A stretch of DNA of 63,069 nt, the filler included, from Folioceros fuciformis (Eukaryota): the NCBI GenBank assembly GCA_049999805.1. It is 5 parts of 4 records of this genome, joined end to end, with 100 filler letters (N's around TTAATTAATTAA, not from the genome) between each part and the next. Parts side by side here need not be neighbours in the genome. Positions count along the whole stretch, not along the records: positions 8,674 to 39,329 come from JBNGIO010004612.1; positions 39,430 to 50,404 come from JBNGIO010004612.1; positions 50,505 to 56,684 come from JBNGIO010004613.1; 2 more parts are not named here. One strand, 5' to 3'. Positions 38,705 through 51,570 of this stretch are shown in pieces (position 1 is the first letter of the stretch; every line of letters begins with the position of its first letter). The notes under the pieces were generated by a model. That model saw nothing but the letters and a program-made list of their open reading frames with translations, was not told the DNA's origin and searched no databases. Made by a program: the position numbers and the translations under genes.

Positions 38705-39329
38705 TCACCCGAATCCAAGTCGGAGAGACAAATCCAGGTTCGGAGGGGCCGAGTCCGGCGGCCGGCTATCAGCTGCAACAGGTCCCATAGCGGGCCAAGT
38801 AAAACTATGGTGCAAATTATGCGGTTCAGATTGCAGAGACGGAGCATATCTAAAGGTCCTCCCATAGTGACCATCAAACCTAACAGCGGCCGGTGCCCAT
38901 TCTGAGGCCGCAGTGGCACCCGAAGCGGTGACGGAGGCAGAACCTCCCCCGTGAGCAGCGCTCCAAAACCCTTGCTGCTGCTGCTGTTGCTGCTGAGGCT
39001 GCTGCTGCTGCTGCTGCTCTGAGGGAAGGTAGTGCGAAAACGCACTGCCTGCGCCCGACAGTGCCCCGAGGCGAGCTCTCCCGCCAGCCCCGAGGCCAAG
39101 CCCAAGCCCGAGCCCGAGGCCAAGCCCGCGCTCTCCCCCTCCGCTCCCGCCTACTTCTCCTCCTCCTCCCCTTCCTCCTCCCATGAAAGGAGCTCCGGAC
39201 TCGGACACTGACACGAAGTCGGAGGCCATAGCCGAAGAGGGAACCAGACGCGGCTGCGCCACCACAGTAGCAAACCTCTGCGCGCGGCGGGCCGCCGTGC
39301 GCTCCCGCTTGTGCGCATTCTGGTGCCCT
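38705..39329 (-). CDS. Single C2H2 (QALGGH-type) zinc-finger repressor with C-terminal EAR motif; 5' part lost in gap
   Basis: Minus strand from the gap edge reads GHQNAHKRERTAARR. Gly/Leu and poly-Gln tracts follow; ends LDLSLRLGFG. Confidence 0.92.
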
Positions 39330-40566
39330 NNNNNNNNNNNNNNNNNNNNNNNNNNNNNNNNNNNNNNNNNNNNTTAATTAATTAANNNNNNNNNNNNNNN
39401 NNNNNNNNNNNNNNNNNNNNNNNNNNNNNTCACTAATCCTTGCATGCTATGCACCATTTTGTTTGTTTGTCTTGTAAAGCAAACAGAATGGTACGTAGCA
39501 TGCAAGGATTAATGAGTGTGGGACAAGGGTGCAAGAACATTTGGGATTGTGTGTATGTGCATGATGATATAGTGTTTTAGGATGTAGAACCCTTTGTTGG
39601 CTATGAAGTGGCTCATAGCCCAAATGCAAGAGACGGGTAGAGTAGATAACCTGAGTGCAGGCCATTGCAACCTTTTATACTAGTTGAAGGACCAAGCAAT
39701 GCAGCTAGGTTGAGGCCTTTTTTTTCCCCTCCCAAAGCAAGGCAAAAAGAAGAAAGTCACTTGGAATATGATGTGGCAACGAGAATGCGTAGAGGACAAC
39801 GATAGATAATTATATGCCTTGTTTTCCAGCACAATGGCAAGGTTGCACTCCTTGGTTTGTCCGTGTAGAGGATTACCTAGGCTTCCATGTTCCCACTGCT
39901 TTGTGCATTTAGTTTTCTTTCACTATAGTGCCTTACTGCCTTCATGACCTTCTTACCTGCAAGCTTATATAGATGGAGCTCAAGCTCCTTGCAGCTTTTA
40001 AATCCATGGGGCTCATGCTCTGCAATTTCAAATCCATGGCAAACCTTATCCGCGAACGCGGACACACACACCTACCTGTCTCTGCCCGTGCAAGACGAAG
40101 AAGCGGGACTTGTTCCGGGCAGGCGGGCGCAAGTGAATATTTTATTTAAAATATAAGTGTATTCGTATTAATCTAATAGTTTGCGCTGTAGACCAAGGAC
40201 GGTAGTTCGCTCGTGATCTGCATTGCCAGCCCGTTTTTCGCGGCGATAACCCACGCCTTGCCCGTGCCGCTCTATTTCACCGGTTGCCGGTGCCCTGCAA
40301 AACTATACGTAGATGCTCACCGTATCCTTCCTTATGCACAAGCCACGGGATGTAATACATCAAGCATGGCAGTGCTCCACGAGTGGATCGGTGGGGCCCA
40401 GACCGGGCCACCTGATGTTTACGGCTAGCCATACTAGGTACTGTACAGCATCCATATGTATGCTCTTTTAACAGATTCCCCAACTCCCCTCCCAACATCT
40501 ATCCCTCCCAAGTTCCGCGCTCCGTCTAATTTGCCCTCCCGCCACGGACGCCGTCTATTATTTGCC

Positions 40567-42363
40567 ATGGGTGAGCGCCGGAGCTTCACGCGCGCCACGC
40601 TGCCCTCCCTGGCTGGGCCGTCCCGCCTGCCCGCCTCGCCTGGAGCCAAGCCCGGCCCGCACGCCACCGTCTGCCTCTCATCCGGCGTCCCCGACCTCGA
40701 CAATATCCTTTCTTGACATCTTGCTCTGTGCTTCGCTCTGCTCTCTGCCGCTCTGTCGCTGTCTGCGTCGCTGTCTGTGGCGTTCGGGGTTTAGGGTTTT
40801 GGATGGGATTGTGGGACTTGACCTGTGCTGGACGGGAGGCCACGGATCCTGGGAGGCGGGATTCCGGTCGGGGGAATTGTGCTGATAGCGGAGGATTTGG
40901 AGGGCCCGCATCACTTGCTGCTGCTGCGGCATTTCCTCGCGCAGGGCCTGGTTCATGGCCAGCCTCTCCTCTTCGCCAGCCCGCTGCCCTCGCCCAAGGC
41001 GTTTCTCGGCACGCTGCCGGCTCTGGCCAAGGAAGCTAGTGGGAGCCCTGTCCAGGTGAGCCATCTTTCATGGTGCTCTGCTCTTGGCTTTCGGGCTAGC
41101 CGGCCTGCTCTGACGCCTTGCCTTGCCTTGCCTCGCCTCGCCTAACCTCGTGGTTCCTGCCAGGAGGATAAGTTGAGGATAGCATGGCAGTACAACAAGT
41201 ATGTGGGGGAGGACAAAGTGCTGGAGGAGAAGAGACTCCAGCAGCAGCAGCGACACGCGGGTGCGTCCCGATCCGCCTTGTTGCGGGATTCACAAGTTGC
41301 CCCCGGCTCTGGGGGACGGGCTGGGCCATCTCATGACTACTGCAGTTCCTTTGACCTAAGGAGGACCATGGATCGCACGATGCTGAAGGCGGCCACCGTG
41401 GAGTGCTGCAGCTTGCACACTGGTGCTGACCTTTCCGCTCTCATGGATCAGTGCTCCGCTTTTCTCCACAGCTTGTCCAGGTGTGATTGTCTAGCCTACT
41501 TTTTCTCGTCCTGCTGCTACACAGCTGCCGGGTTGACTCCTGCTTTGTCGGTCTGTTGCTTTGCTGTGGTGATCAGCCCTGCGTCGGGGTTGCAACAATT
41601 CGGGCGGATTGCTCTACACTCTTTTTGCGCTCCGGAGTCCATGCAACGGTGTACGGTTAGGTTTCATGACCTCCTACTCCCCTTCTCTGTGTTGAGCCTT
41701 GATCGGAGACACATCTCCATTACCTGCCTTGACGAGGGCTTCGGGGTTTCGCAGGACTGGGAACTGCTAGCCTTTCTGGCTGATCTCAAGCCCATGCTCC
41801 GGGCAAGTAATGCAACTGCTCTCGTCTCCTTCCCTGCTGCACTCTTGAAGCCTTCATTTCTTATGAGGTGGCAGCATCTTTCGGACATCCTCCTTTCCGT
41901 AGAAGCGTGTCCAGGTTTGGCGCTTGTCCAGTCCTTGCGTCGTTAGGTGGGGCCTCTAGGCTCCTAGGCTTCCTAGGTCTGGGTATTTAAAGCTTCCTGT
42001 TCCCCACGTTTTTTCAGATGACAGCGGCGAGCTTGCAACATTGCTAACCGGTTATCAGGACATACTTGGTTTCCTTAGGGTTCACAAGCTTGCCTCCATC
42101 AATACCCAAGTGAGTCATTGTGTAACAGCGGTACTAGTCAGGGATTACACCGTCAACTTCTAACCGCGCACTCTTTTCAGGCACCTCACATTCCTGACAC
42201 GGCGACGTATGCAATTAAGGTGCCTCGGAGGAAGGCACTTGAATTGGAGCGGCTGCAACAAGCCCCTGTTGATGCTGCTACTGGCGGTGCATCTGCCTCT
42301 GCCAGTGTTGCAAGCATGCTTTGTGGAGGGCCACCGAATGCTACGGGACACTTCGACTTTTAA
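40567..42363 (+). CDS. ELP4: Elongator complex protein 4
   Basis: [19 protein letters not shown](R)[66 protein letters not shown] and [10 protein letters not shown]...HFDF. First intron AT-AC, the rest GT-AG. Confidence 0.93.
40703..40843 (+). other. U12-type (minor spliceosome) AT-AC intron in ELP4
   Basis: Begins ATATCCTTT and ends CCAC. Branch-like ACTTGAC at ~40816-40822. Removal yields the conserved DLDRILGGG. Confidence 0.9.
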
Positions 42364-42881
42364 AAGCTGCACGCTTAATTTGAGCTTGGGTCAAAGTTTT
42401 TTTATTACTGATGTTTATGCCACTGCTAATGTATATTAAGCCGGGTGACATTTGCTGCGAAGAACGGCCATGATTACTGTCCTTTTTGGAGTATTTAATG
42501 GGGACGTCAAATGATGACGAACAGGGCCCAACGTCCTCCGGATCTACCTCGGTCCAGCTAAGTGAACAGATGTCCTTGCTGGGCCACACCTCGATGGTTG
42601 ACCCACCCACTTTGCAGATCACACGTACCTCACGGGGCTCATTGGACTCAATCTCGCGTTTTTTTCAGGTTCTGGGTATGTCCAGCTTGCTGCAACATTC
42701 TAGTGTGGTTTTTGTACAAGGAATGTTGGCCGATAATACAGTAGCAGGACCTTTATTCCACGCGATTTTAAATGGACGGGATCACATTGAATGCTTACAA
42801 ACTATACTTTTTACAAGCTTGTGAGTTTATAGCAACTAGAGGCGAGTGTACTTTCTTGATAACTTGTCACCACCATCGTAT

Positions 42882-45800
42882 CTAGTAAATTGTCTTTTCA
42901 CCTTGATACGTTTTCAACTCTTCCTTAATGGGAGAGGCAGTATGGGATCCTACAGGCAAGATCTCCACTCTGGAAATGCCTAGTATTTGCTTAAGTATGT
43001 GCCAGATCACGACTCTGGATTCAATCAGTGGCAGAAAAGTGCACATCAGGGTCGTGATGAGAGCCCAGACGAGGGACAATATTACCCAGAAAGTGAAGGT
43101 TCCCTGCACGACATCCAGTCGGCAACCTGACGGTCAGCAAACAGGTAGCCAGGCTGCTCATCTTCCATAACGAACAATTGTTTGAGACAGTTTCACCAAC
43201 CTTACTGAAAACTCCTCCTGCTAGAGAGAGAGCCGGCCAAATGATACAGATGAGGGCGGCTATTCCTGCGGTGATCAAAACTGTCTTCTTGAAAAACTTC
43301 TGTAGTTCTTGGGAATCGTTTTTCGCTTCCTCCATGTTAGCCATTTTCACCCCGTCCATGAGCTCAATGTCTTGGAATCTGGAAGGGTCGAACGGATAAT
43401 AAGCCACGCGAGCGAAGAAAGAGATCATTCTATCTGGTGTAAAATGAAGTGCCGTGGCGTGGTGGCATATGAACATGACAGTACCTTTTGAAACTGTCGG
43501 GGTCACCCGGAGCCACCACAGTCCACAGGCTGCAGATAATGGCCGACGAGAAGAGGCATACTGCCGTGCCTGACACAGCAGGGTCGAGCTGTTGCAGGCT
43601 GAAGGAGATGGTCATTTCTCCGAACTTGGACTGCACACCAACCACATCCGCTGAGTCAGACTGTGAGCCGGTGCTTCCTCATGTCATGCCCGAAATGCAC
43701 TTGCACAACAACACTAATCCCAACGGGTACCTGAGCGACCGAGAGCCATGTGCAAATACCGAGACCCTGGCCCCCCAGGGCACCAGCGATGGCGGCCCCC
43801 GTCGGGACTCGGGGCCAGGTGATCATGAACATGAGGGGGAAGGCGGCGGAACACACCAAAATACCCATGAGCATAAACAGGAAGTTGAAATCCACGTTCT
43901 CCTGCGCCAAAGGAGTTGGTAGTTTGAATCAGACATAACTTGAACAAACCCAGTTGAGGGAGGATCGAAAGTAGATCAAAAAGGGATCCCTCACATGGTA
44001 AAGCAAGCTGCAGACGCCTCCCATGAGTAAGCCCACGGAGCAGAGTGCAATCCGTGAGACAAGCAGTACCTGCTCCCCAGTGGCCTTGGGATTGATGTAC
44101 GCCTGCAATGCACGGAAATAAATCAGTCACTGCGAGCGCAGAGTAACACAAACAAGATCGACATCCCAGATAGGAACATGAGTATTGCCTTGTACACGTC
44201 GTAAGTGAAGAGTGAGGACATGGACAAAAATTCTGCAGATCCCACTGACGTTACTGCCATGAAGACCACGGTGAGGACCAGAAACACGCCTCCTGTTTTG
44301 CCATAACCACAGCCCAAGTCAGTTCTGTTTAGCGCGAACCGGCGTGAGCAAATGGTTTATCCACGGTGACAGTCCACTCCAAGGTTATACCTTTCCCCAG
44401 CACGAATTGCGCAGCAGCGATGGGCACCAGGCCAGCATTGGCTTCGGCTGCCGATAGTGGTAAGTCCAAGGCCCGAACAGACAACCCAAATGCTGTGGCC
44501 ATAGCGAACGGGATTGGGAACCACAGCAGTGCGCCAAGCAGGTAGCCCTTGAAGGAAGCCCTGGGACCTGCCGCGATCACTCCCTACAACATCCATTTTT
44601 GAAACTTTATCCATCAACACCAACTTCCAAATTACGCCATCTACCGGCACGACTCGAACTTATGGCTTGAAATGTAGATTGTCTACCTGCCAGAAGGCTT
44701 GATCAGCGTACAGGATTCCTAGGGAAGAAAGCAAATTGTATATTCCAAATTCGAACCCCAATCTGCTAAACATCGTCACGTAGCTTCCGTCCTTGTTTCC
44801 TGCGCACCCACGACAGACGTACGTCCGTCACCTGATCTAGAATGTGTATCGACACTGACGGCTTCTGGAGACGGAAATGGAAGTGGTGCAATATGGCTAC
44901 CTGGCACAGGCACTTTGGTGGCCATCACGTTGAGATTCTCCCACATTTTGCCGATGCTTCCAATAGGATCCTTGTCGCTCGCATACACCTGCACGCGTAC
45001 GAATGTGAATTCACTCCATCGGAAGACTCAAAAGTTGAAGGACATCCTCGGTGTCCAACCAAGCAGAAGGAAAGCGAGCACGGTGGATAGAGGCCATACA
45101 CTGTAGCAAAAGACGTTCAGAGTGATACAAATGATGATGGTGTGGAAGTACGAGGAGAAAAAAATGGCCTTGAGGCCGCCAGAGACTGCGTACACGATGA
45201 TGCTCAGCGGAATGAGCATCATAGCACTGTAAACGTTCACACCTGCACACCATTCCGTTCCAGGAACTTGTAAGCTCTCTGTCGAACAGACGTGGGCGGC
45301 AACCTTTGACGAGAACGGGAACATCTACTTCACCTGTGGCTGCCGACAGGACGTTTCCGGCTCCGATGATGAGCAGCGAGCAGACCACCACATTGTTGAG
45401 CACACAAATGTAGAGGAACACCTGCCAGGGTCGAGGCAAAAGGAAGGACATTGTCAGACGCCTAAGTTGGATGCGAATGCTTGCAAGTTGTGACAAGCGA
45501 GTGAGACATCTTACGATTCCGGCAGCGTGGCCCCATCGTCGCCTCACCAACTCCACCACGGTGTGCGCTTTTGGAGCTCGGCGCTTGAGCTGCAGTGCCA
45601 GGGCCCCGAACACGCAGAACTGGGCTGTAACACCCGCGCCGTACCTGATTCCAAACGGTGCATCCGTACAATGTTGTTTTCACTCTTACGCAACAATTAC
45701 GTCCATCAAGCAATCTATTGCTTCCTTGCAGAGCAGTCCACGGCCTTACCAGAATGCGCCACTGATTCCAAAGTTGAAAGCCTCATTGCTGGATTGCACT

Positions 45801-46329
45801 ATAGTGGCCACCCTTCACAGATGACATTCCACCGCGCTGCCTGATCAGCTGCAGGCCCCTACATAACTCAAATCTGAGATGGAAGGCGAGCTCGCGGATG
45901 TCGAGAACCGTACCAAGTGGAGCGGCTAACAACGTCGACGGCGGTGAGTCCTGTCTTGATGGCTCTTCCCGCAGTGTTGAACTCTTCCGAATTGTATTCA
46001 CTTCCCGCATACTTCTTGTCGAAGTACATCACCAGGGTGGTAATCACAGCGAAGAACACTCCAAACCCACCCACCACGGCATATCCAACCCCCTGCACAA
46101 GAGGGATCCAAGGCTTCAATCCCTCTACACTACGGTTGCTGTCTCTTGGGACAGACACAGGCACTTGTATTGCAAGTGAGACAACAGAGAAACTCGAGCC
46201 CTGGCGATGTGCTGGTTGTCTACAGGCGAGACATCTTACTTGCGAGAGGATCGGGTTGTCAGGCGAGAAGAAGTGCGTCTGGTTATCATACTGATGCAAC
46301 CCGAAGGCATTCAGTCCTCCCACAGGCAT
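42882..46329 (-). CDS. DUR3: DUR3-like urea/solute:proton symporter (SSS family), divergent, many exons
   Basis: [92 protein letters not shown] and [11 protein letters not shown] at 46329, TAG at 42882. Confidence 0.9.
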
Positions 46330-48443
46330 TTTGCAAGTTCGACGACAGCGTACGAGCTGCCTTCGATTGCAATTTGCCAAGGCCGCACACTCTGCCACTC
46401 AGGCAGACCCGAGACCGAGAGAAACGCACAGTCAACTCTGAATCACAACCAGGAGCCCAAAGGTCTGGACCAGAACGCTGCCCTCGAACTCAAGTCCTCT
46501 GTCGATGCCCCGAGGTAGGTTCCTACTTATACAGCAATGCCCACAAGTGGGCTCGTCGCCCGGAATCGTGGAACGCCACAGGGGTGATTCTGGCCTCTAA
46601 AACTTCTTTCGACGTTGGAAAGCTTTCAAAGGAAAATTAACGACCCCTGGGAATCGCTGCCTCACCTGGAATGATGATCAGTGACAGCTGCTGTCTCCAT
46701 TAGTCTCGATCACCATTTGAAATCGTTGGCTTTTTGGGCGAGCAGGTCGGACACTGTTGTCAGCGCCCGGTCCCGCAGAAGGTGCTTATTCTTCTCCGTC
46801 TCTCTCATCGGGGCTGGCAAGAAGAGCATCAACTGCATCCAGCATTGATCGCCCCTGACAGCCTCAAGGGCGGACAGTCTTCTGGAGCAAGTCACCAGTG
46901 CGTAGAATAGAATATGCACACATAACATAATTTAATATTAGTGATCCGTGCTGAACGAAGCCTAATTTTGATCGCACACTGGACTACTTGGAACCTGGGA
47001 CACCACTCCTCGTGAGGCGGGTTGCCAAGACTCGCAAATCACCCACAGTCTCCACTACTACATACTAGGTATCGTCTCTAACCTACTCTACTCGATCCCA
47101 GCATCGAGAGCAATGAATGGCTGGTACCCTGTCCGGGAAATCACATAGGGTGATGGGATCCGAAGTCTGCGATAAAGTATTAAGGCAGACTCGGAACCAT
47201 GCAGCACGAATTCACGAGCTTCATGTTGTGGGGATTGAAGACAAGATCAGGTGGTTTGTACCGGTCAAGGTGCTAATGCTAACACACAACTCCCTCTCAC
47301 TACATCAGCGAGAAGCATCTTCCCGACTGTGGCCAAAAAGTGTGGACTGGTCTGACGGTGGCTCACAGCCTAGTAGCCTGTCCAACGGTACGGCCACTTC
47401 TTTTGACTTTTATTGGACTGGTTTGCCATATCCTTTCCCTGTTGGTATTCAGCAGCCTGTAGGTAGTAGTACATATGCTCCTGCTATGTTTGGACAGGGA
47501 AAGAAACAGTGCAATCTCACTTCACGACCTCAATTGAAGATCATGTGCGTTCTGCACATAGCTCGACTCAGACGCCACAAGTCAAGGCCCTAAAGCAACA
47601 CATCCCCAGAGATTCTGGCCCCCCAGGACGCCTTGGTGACAGCAGAACGAGGCAACTTTACTTGTCTTAATCCGATGCTGCTACTGTTCACAACACGGCT
47701 CTTAACCAAAGAAAAGTCTCAAGCATTGTGCCCAGCTTTGTTGAATTCTCATGTGGTGACTGTGGTCACGGCGGCAACTAAGCAGCCGGGATGCCAGCTT
47801 CGAGAATGTTGCCAAATTTGAGCAACCGACGACGGCGAATTTGCATTTTTGCACGCACATCTATGCACAAGGACAAGTAGCTCGTGTATCGTATCTTACG
47901 CGAAGCCGCGCACTTCCAGCACATGGATAGAATTTCTCGATGTCCGTGTGCACAACACCATGCCTGATCTGCCCGCCTTCTCAGCCACACACTCGTCTGT
48001 CACGAAGCCTATCATACACACTCCGCTGTCCGACAGTACCCGAGCTTCCGGAGTTTTGGCCTGCTGCGCTCACCATTCTTGTCTTTCACAGTTTCTCCGC
48101 CGTGAATTAGGGTTGTGCTCAGCAAGTGAGCCGCTATCGGTGCCACCGACACGCACCCCGAGGACCCAAGGGCTCGCCCGGGATAACTAAACGCTGTCTG
48201 ACACTGTATTGGCGTGAGTAAGTATCTAAGGGTACATTTCTTTGTTGATGAGCATACTTTATTCTTCAAATTAACAATACAATATAGAAAAACTATTGAC
48301 TTTTAAAGGAGCGGGGAGAACCAATCCAGGGTTTGGCCGTGCGCACGAGGCCCAGGACTGGTCCTTAGCATCCACGCCTTCAAAATTATTAACTCTAAGA
48401 TAATTTTATGGTGTAAAATGCGACACAAATCGTTGATCCTCAT

Positions 48444-48800
48444 ATTAGGTTTGGTATCCTTTCTTCTCCAAGCATATGGCAGTGGTGATAAAGAGTAGAG
48501 CCGTAGTGATTAAAGAGATTAGGTTTGGTATCCTTTTTCTCGGAGCATATGGCAGTGGTGATAAAGAGTAGAGCCGTAGTGATTAAAGAGTAGAGCCGTA
48601 GTGATGAACGTGGAGCGTAGGGTGGTGGCATGGCATAGGTATGATGGAGAATAGGGCGGTGGTGATGAATGTGGAGCGTAGGGTGGCGGTATGGCATAGG
48701 TGTGTGTGCAACTTTGCTATGCCATAGTGTGGCTATGGGCCTAGGGTTTGTAAGAGGTGCTCTTTATGGGTATGGGCCTAGGGTTTCTAAGAGGTCTTCT
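48444..48800. repeat. Nested short tandem duplications (~74, ~60 and ~38 bp)
   Basis: ATTAGGTTTGGTATCCTTT...GAGTAGAGCCGTAGTGATTAAAGAG x2; GTGATGAA.GTGGAGCGTAGGGTGG x2; TATGGGCCTAGGGTTT.TAAGAGGT x2. Confidence 0.85.
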
Positions 48801-48929
48801 TTAGAGGAAGAGTTTGAACGATGAAAAGTGATGTAGGGCAAGGCCATGTTCATTAAGGCTTTGGTTGTGTGTTTGTGTCCACGTGAGGAAGGTCCCGAAA
48901 AATGGAATACTGATATGGTGGAGCAAGCA

Positions 48930-49390
48930 AGTAAGGTTTAGGGTTTAGTGGCAGGGCAAAGCGGAATGAGTTTGGTGTTTAGTAAAATGGCATAGCAAAA
49001 TGAGATTAGGGTTTAGTGGCATGGCAAAGCAACAAGGTTTACAATTTACAAGCATGACAACAGCAGAATGGATTTAGGGCATGGCGGGGGAAAATGGATG
49101 TAGGGTTTATGGGCATTTCGGAGAAAAATAGGCTTAGGGTTTAACGACATAATGGAGCAAAATAAGTTTAGGGTTTAGGCGCATGGTAGAGTGGAGTGGG
49201 TTTAGGGTGTAGCAACATGGTAGAGAAAAATGGATTAGGATTTTTATCAGCATTATGGAGCAAAAATGGATTTAGGGTTTAGTGACATGGCAGAGTTGAA
49301 CAGGTTTAGGGTTTAGTGACACGATGCAGAAAAGTGGGTTTAGGGTTTTATAAACATTGTGGAGCAAAATGGGTCTAGGGTTGAGCGGCT
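48930..49390 (+). repeat. Degenerate ~34-bp tandem array with plant telomere core TTTAGGGTTTAG
   Basis: Core or variant at ~48937, 49006, 49073, 49101, 49134, 49167, 49201, 49271, 49305, 49339 and 49376, embedded in ATGG.G.AAAA...GCATGG units. Confidence 0.8.
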
Positions 49391-49494
49391 CAGAGTAGGG
49401 CTTATGGAGGGCATTATAGGGTTATGGGTTACAATAAGGAGTACAATTATTTGGTTTTGATCATTTTACAAGACTTTTTACACGCCTCTATCAC

Positions 49495-50404
49495 ATGGCG
49501 CATGGCACACAGCCTTTACCTATCAAGGACACCCCTTGCCTAATGTGTTCTCAACTTTGCTCCGGGGTCAAGGGGGTGAAATGCCATATTGGTCACAAGC
49601 ATAAGAACTTCTATAGGACCACTTGGGTGGCACAAGTGCGACTTGCTTCTTCCTCCGAACGAGGTGCTAATCCTCTTCTAACAAATCCTTTGGGGCTGTC
49701 CCAAGAGGCTTGGTTGTGGCTTCTAGGGCAATCTGATCACTTGTTGGCTCTTTTCCATGCTCGTTTTCCATGTCCTCGCCTCTTCCGACGTCTCCCTAGG
49801 CACCTACATGATGATATTCGCCTTGCTTATCGTCTTCCCTTGGATCGCCTTGCTCGGGACCCGAGGGATGAGGGTGCTTGGATTTTGTTCCTTTTCCTGC
49901 CTAGATGGTGCCTTCGGCGCTCTAGGGGTGGTTCGTCAAGTCATAGGGAGGTGGCCTCTCGACTTCGCCGTTTTCGATCCGGAGATTGGCAAGCTCTTCA
50001 GGAGGAGGATTTACTAGCAGCAAAATCTCGATTGGAGTCAGCTAAGGTTGACAAGGTGTGCCATGACCCATTTAAAGCACGTCTCAAGCGGTGTCTCATG
50101 TTGGGCAGGGATGGTGAATATGCTCGACTGCTAGAGCATTGTGCCCAGAGCCGGCTGCATCTGCAACTGAGGACACCATTGCTGCACTTCGTGCCCTTCA
50201 TCCAGAACCTCATAACACTATACCGCAAGATCTTCTTGACCACACGGTCGAGGAGCCTTTTTGCTTGGATATGGTTGTTTTTGGGCATGCACTCTCTTCT
50301 GCGTCGCGACTTTCTGCAGGGGGTTTGTCTGGCACAATTTATGACCATTTTTTAGATTATTTTTCTTCTGAGGATGCCTCAAGTGGTTTTTCGGAGCTTT
50401 ATAC
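49495..50404 (+). mobile_element. CRE-like non-LTR retrotransposon, N-terminal fragment; frameshifted and truncated by gap
   Basis: N-terminal C2H2 finger (CLMC...HIGHKH), then AWILFLFLPRWCL..SRGG, RLRRF..GDW..L, G+EYAR/AARAL, TIAALRALHP and SAGGLSG...DH (pre-RT motif). A 1-nt deletion near 50127 shifts the frame. Confidence 0.7.
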
Positions 50405-51109
50405 NNNNNNNNNNNNNNNNNNNNNNNNNNNNNNNNNNNNNNNNNNNNTTAATTAATTAANNNNNNNNNNNNNNNNNNNNNNNNNNNNNNNNNNNNNNNN
50501 NNNNTATCTACTCGCACTTCTACCTATCAGCTGGTCTATAGGCCTGAACAACACGCACAACAAGGAGGCCAGAAGCCTAGCCTATCTTCAAATCAGCTCA
50601 CACAACTCACACTCCAAATCTTCAGTCCTTCCTCCTTCACTTCAGCCCTTCACCCGTCACTTTGACACACACTCCTGCACCTCAGCAACTCACTCTTCAC
50701 TTCTATGCGCTTCACTCCAACTCTTCCTCTCTTTGCTGCAGCTATCCCCTGGAAATTGGGACACAACGGCTTCACTCCTTGCAGCCTTCAAGCGTAGTGT
50801 GGATACTAGGACTGGATAGCCCTCCTGGCTCACGGTCATGTCACTTCACTTCAGCCAGCCTGCGAATCATTCAGCCCTTGCGGATCCGGCCACACAGATC
50901 TTGGCAATCTTGGGATCCTCCACATTTCCCTAGTGGCAAGGGGAATCAGGACCTTGGTTCAGTCTCAAATGGCTCAGCGCCCTATGCCAGGAGTTCTGCA
51001 CACAAGGTCCAGGGAAATTGCACCGTAGATAGCCCCCCTCAATGGCAGGTCTCCCCTCTCTGTCTACTAGGGTTAACTTGAGTCAACTACCTAACCATCT
51101 CTCTCTCTC

Positions 51110-51570
51110 TGACCTAAACCATCCTAAATCCAATTTTAACCTAAACCTGACCTAGGTATGACGTAACCTAACCTAATCTAGGTATGTCCTATCCTGGATC
51201 TGACCTAAACCTAACCTAGGTCTAGCCTAGACCTAACCTAGGTCTGACCTAAACCTAACCTAGGTCTGACCTAAACCTAACCTAGGTCTGACCTAGACCT
51301 AACCTAGGTCTGACCTTGACCTAACCTAGGTCTGACCTAGACCTAACCTAAGTCTGACCTAGACCTAACCTAGGTTTTACCTACACCTAACCTAGGTCNN
51401 NNNNNNNNACCTAACCTAGGTCTGACCTAGACCTAACCTAGGTCTGACCTAGACCTAACCTAGGTCTGACCTAGACCTAACCTGGGTCTGACCTAGACCT
51501 AACCTGGGTCTGACCTAGACCTAACCTGGGTCTGACCTAGACCTAACCTAGGTCTGACCTAGACCTAATC
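51110..51570. repeat. 22-bp satellite CCTAGGTCTGACCTAGACCTAA (about 16 or more copies, interrupted by Ns)
   Basis: Exact 22-bp period (e.g. TCTG at 51421 and 51443), degenerating at both edges. Confidence 0.97.
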
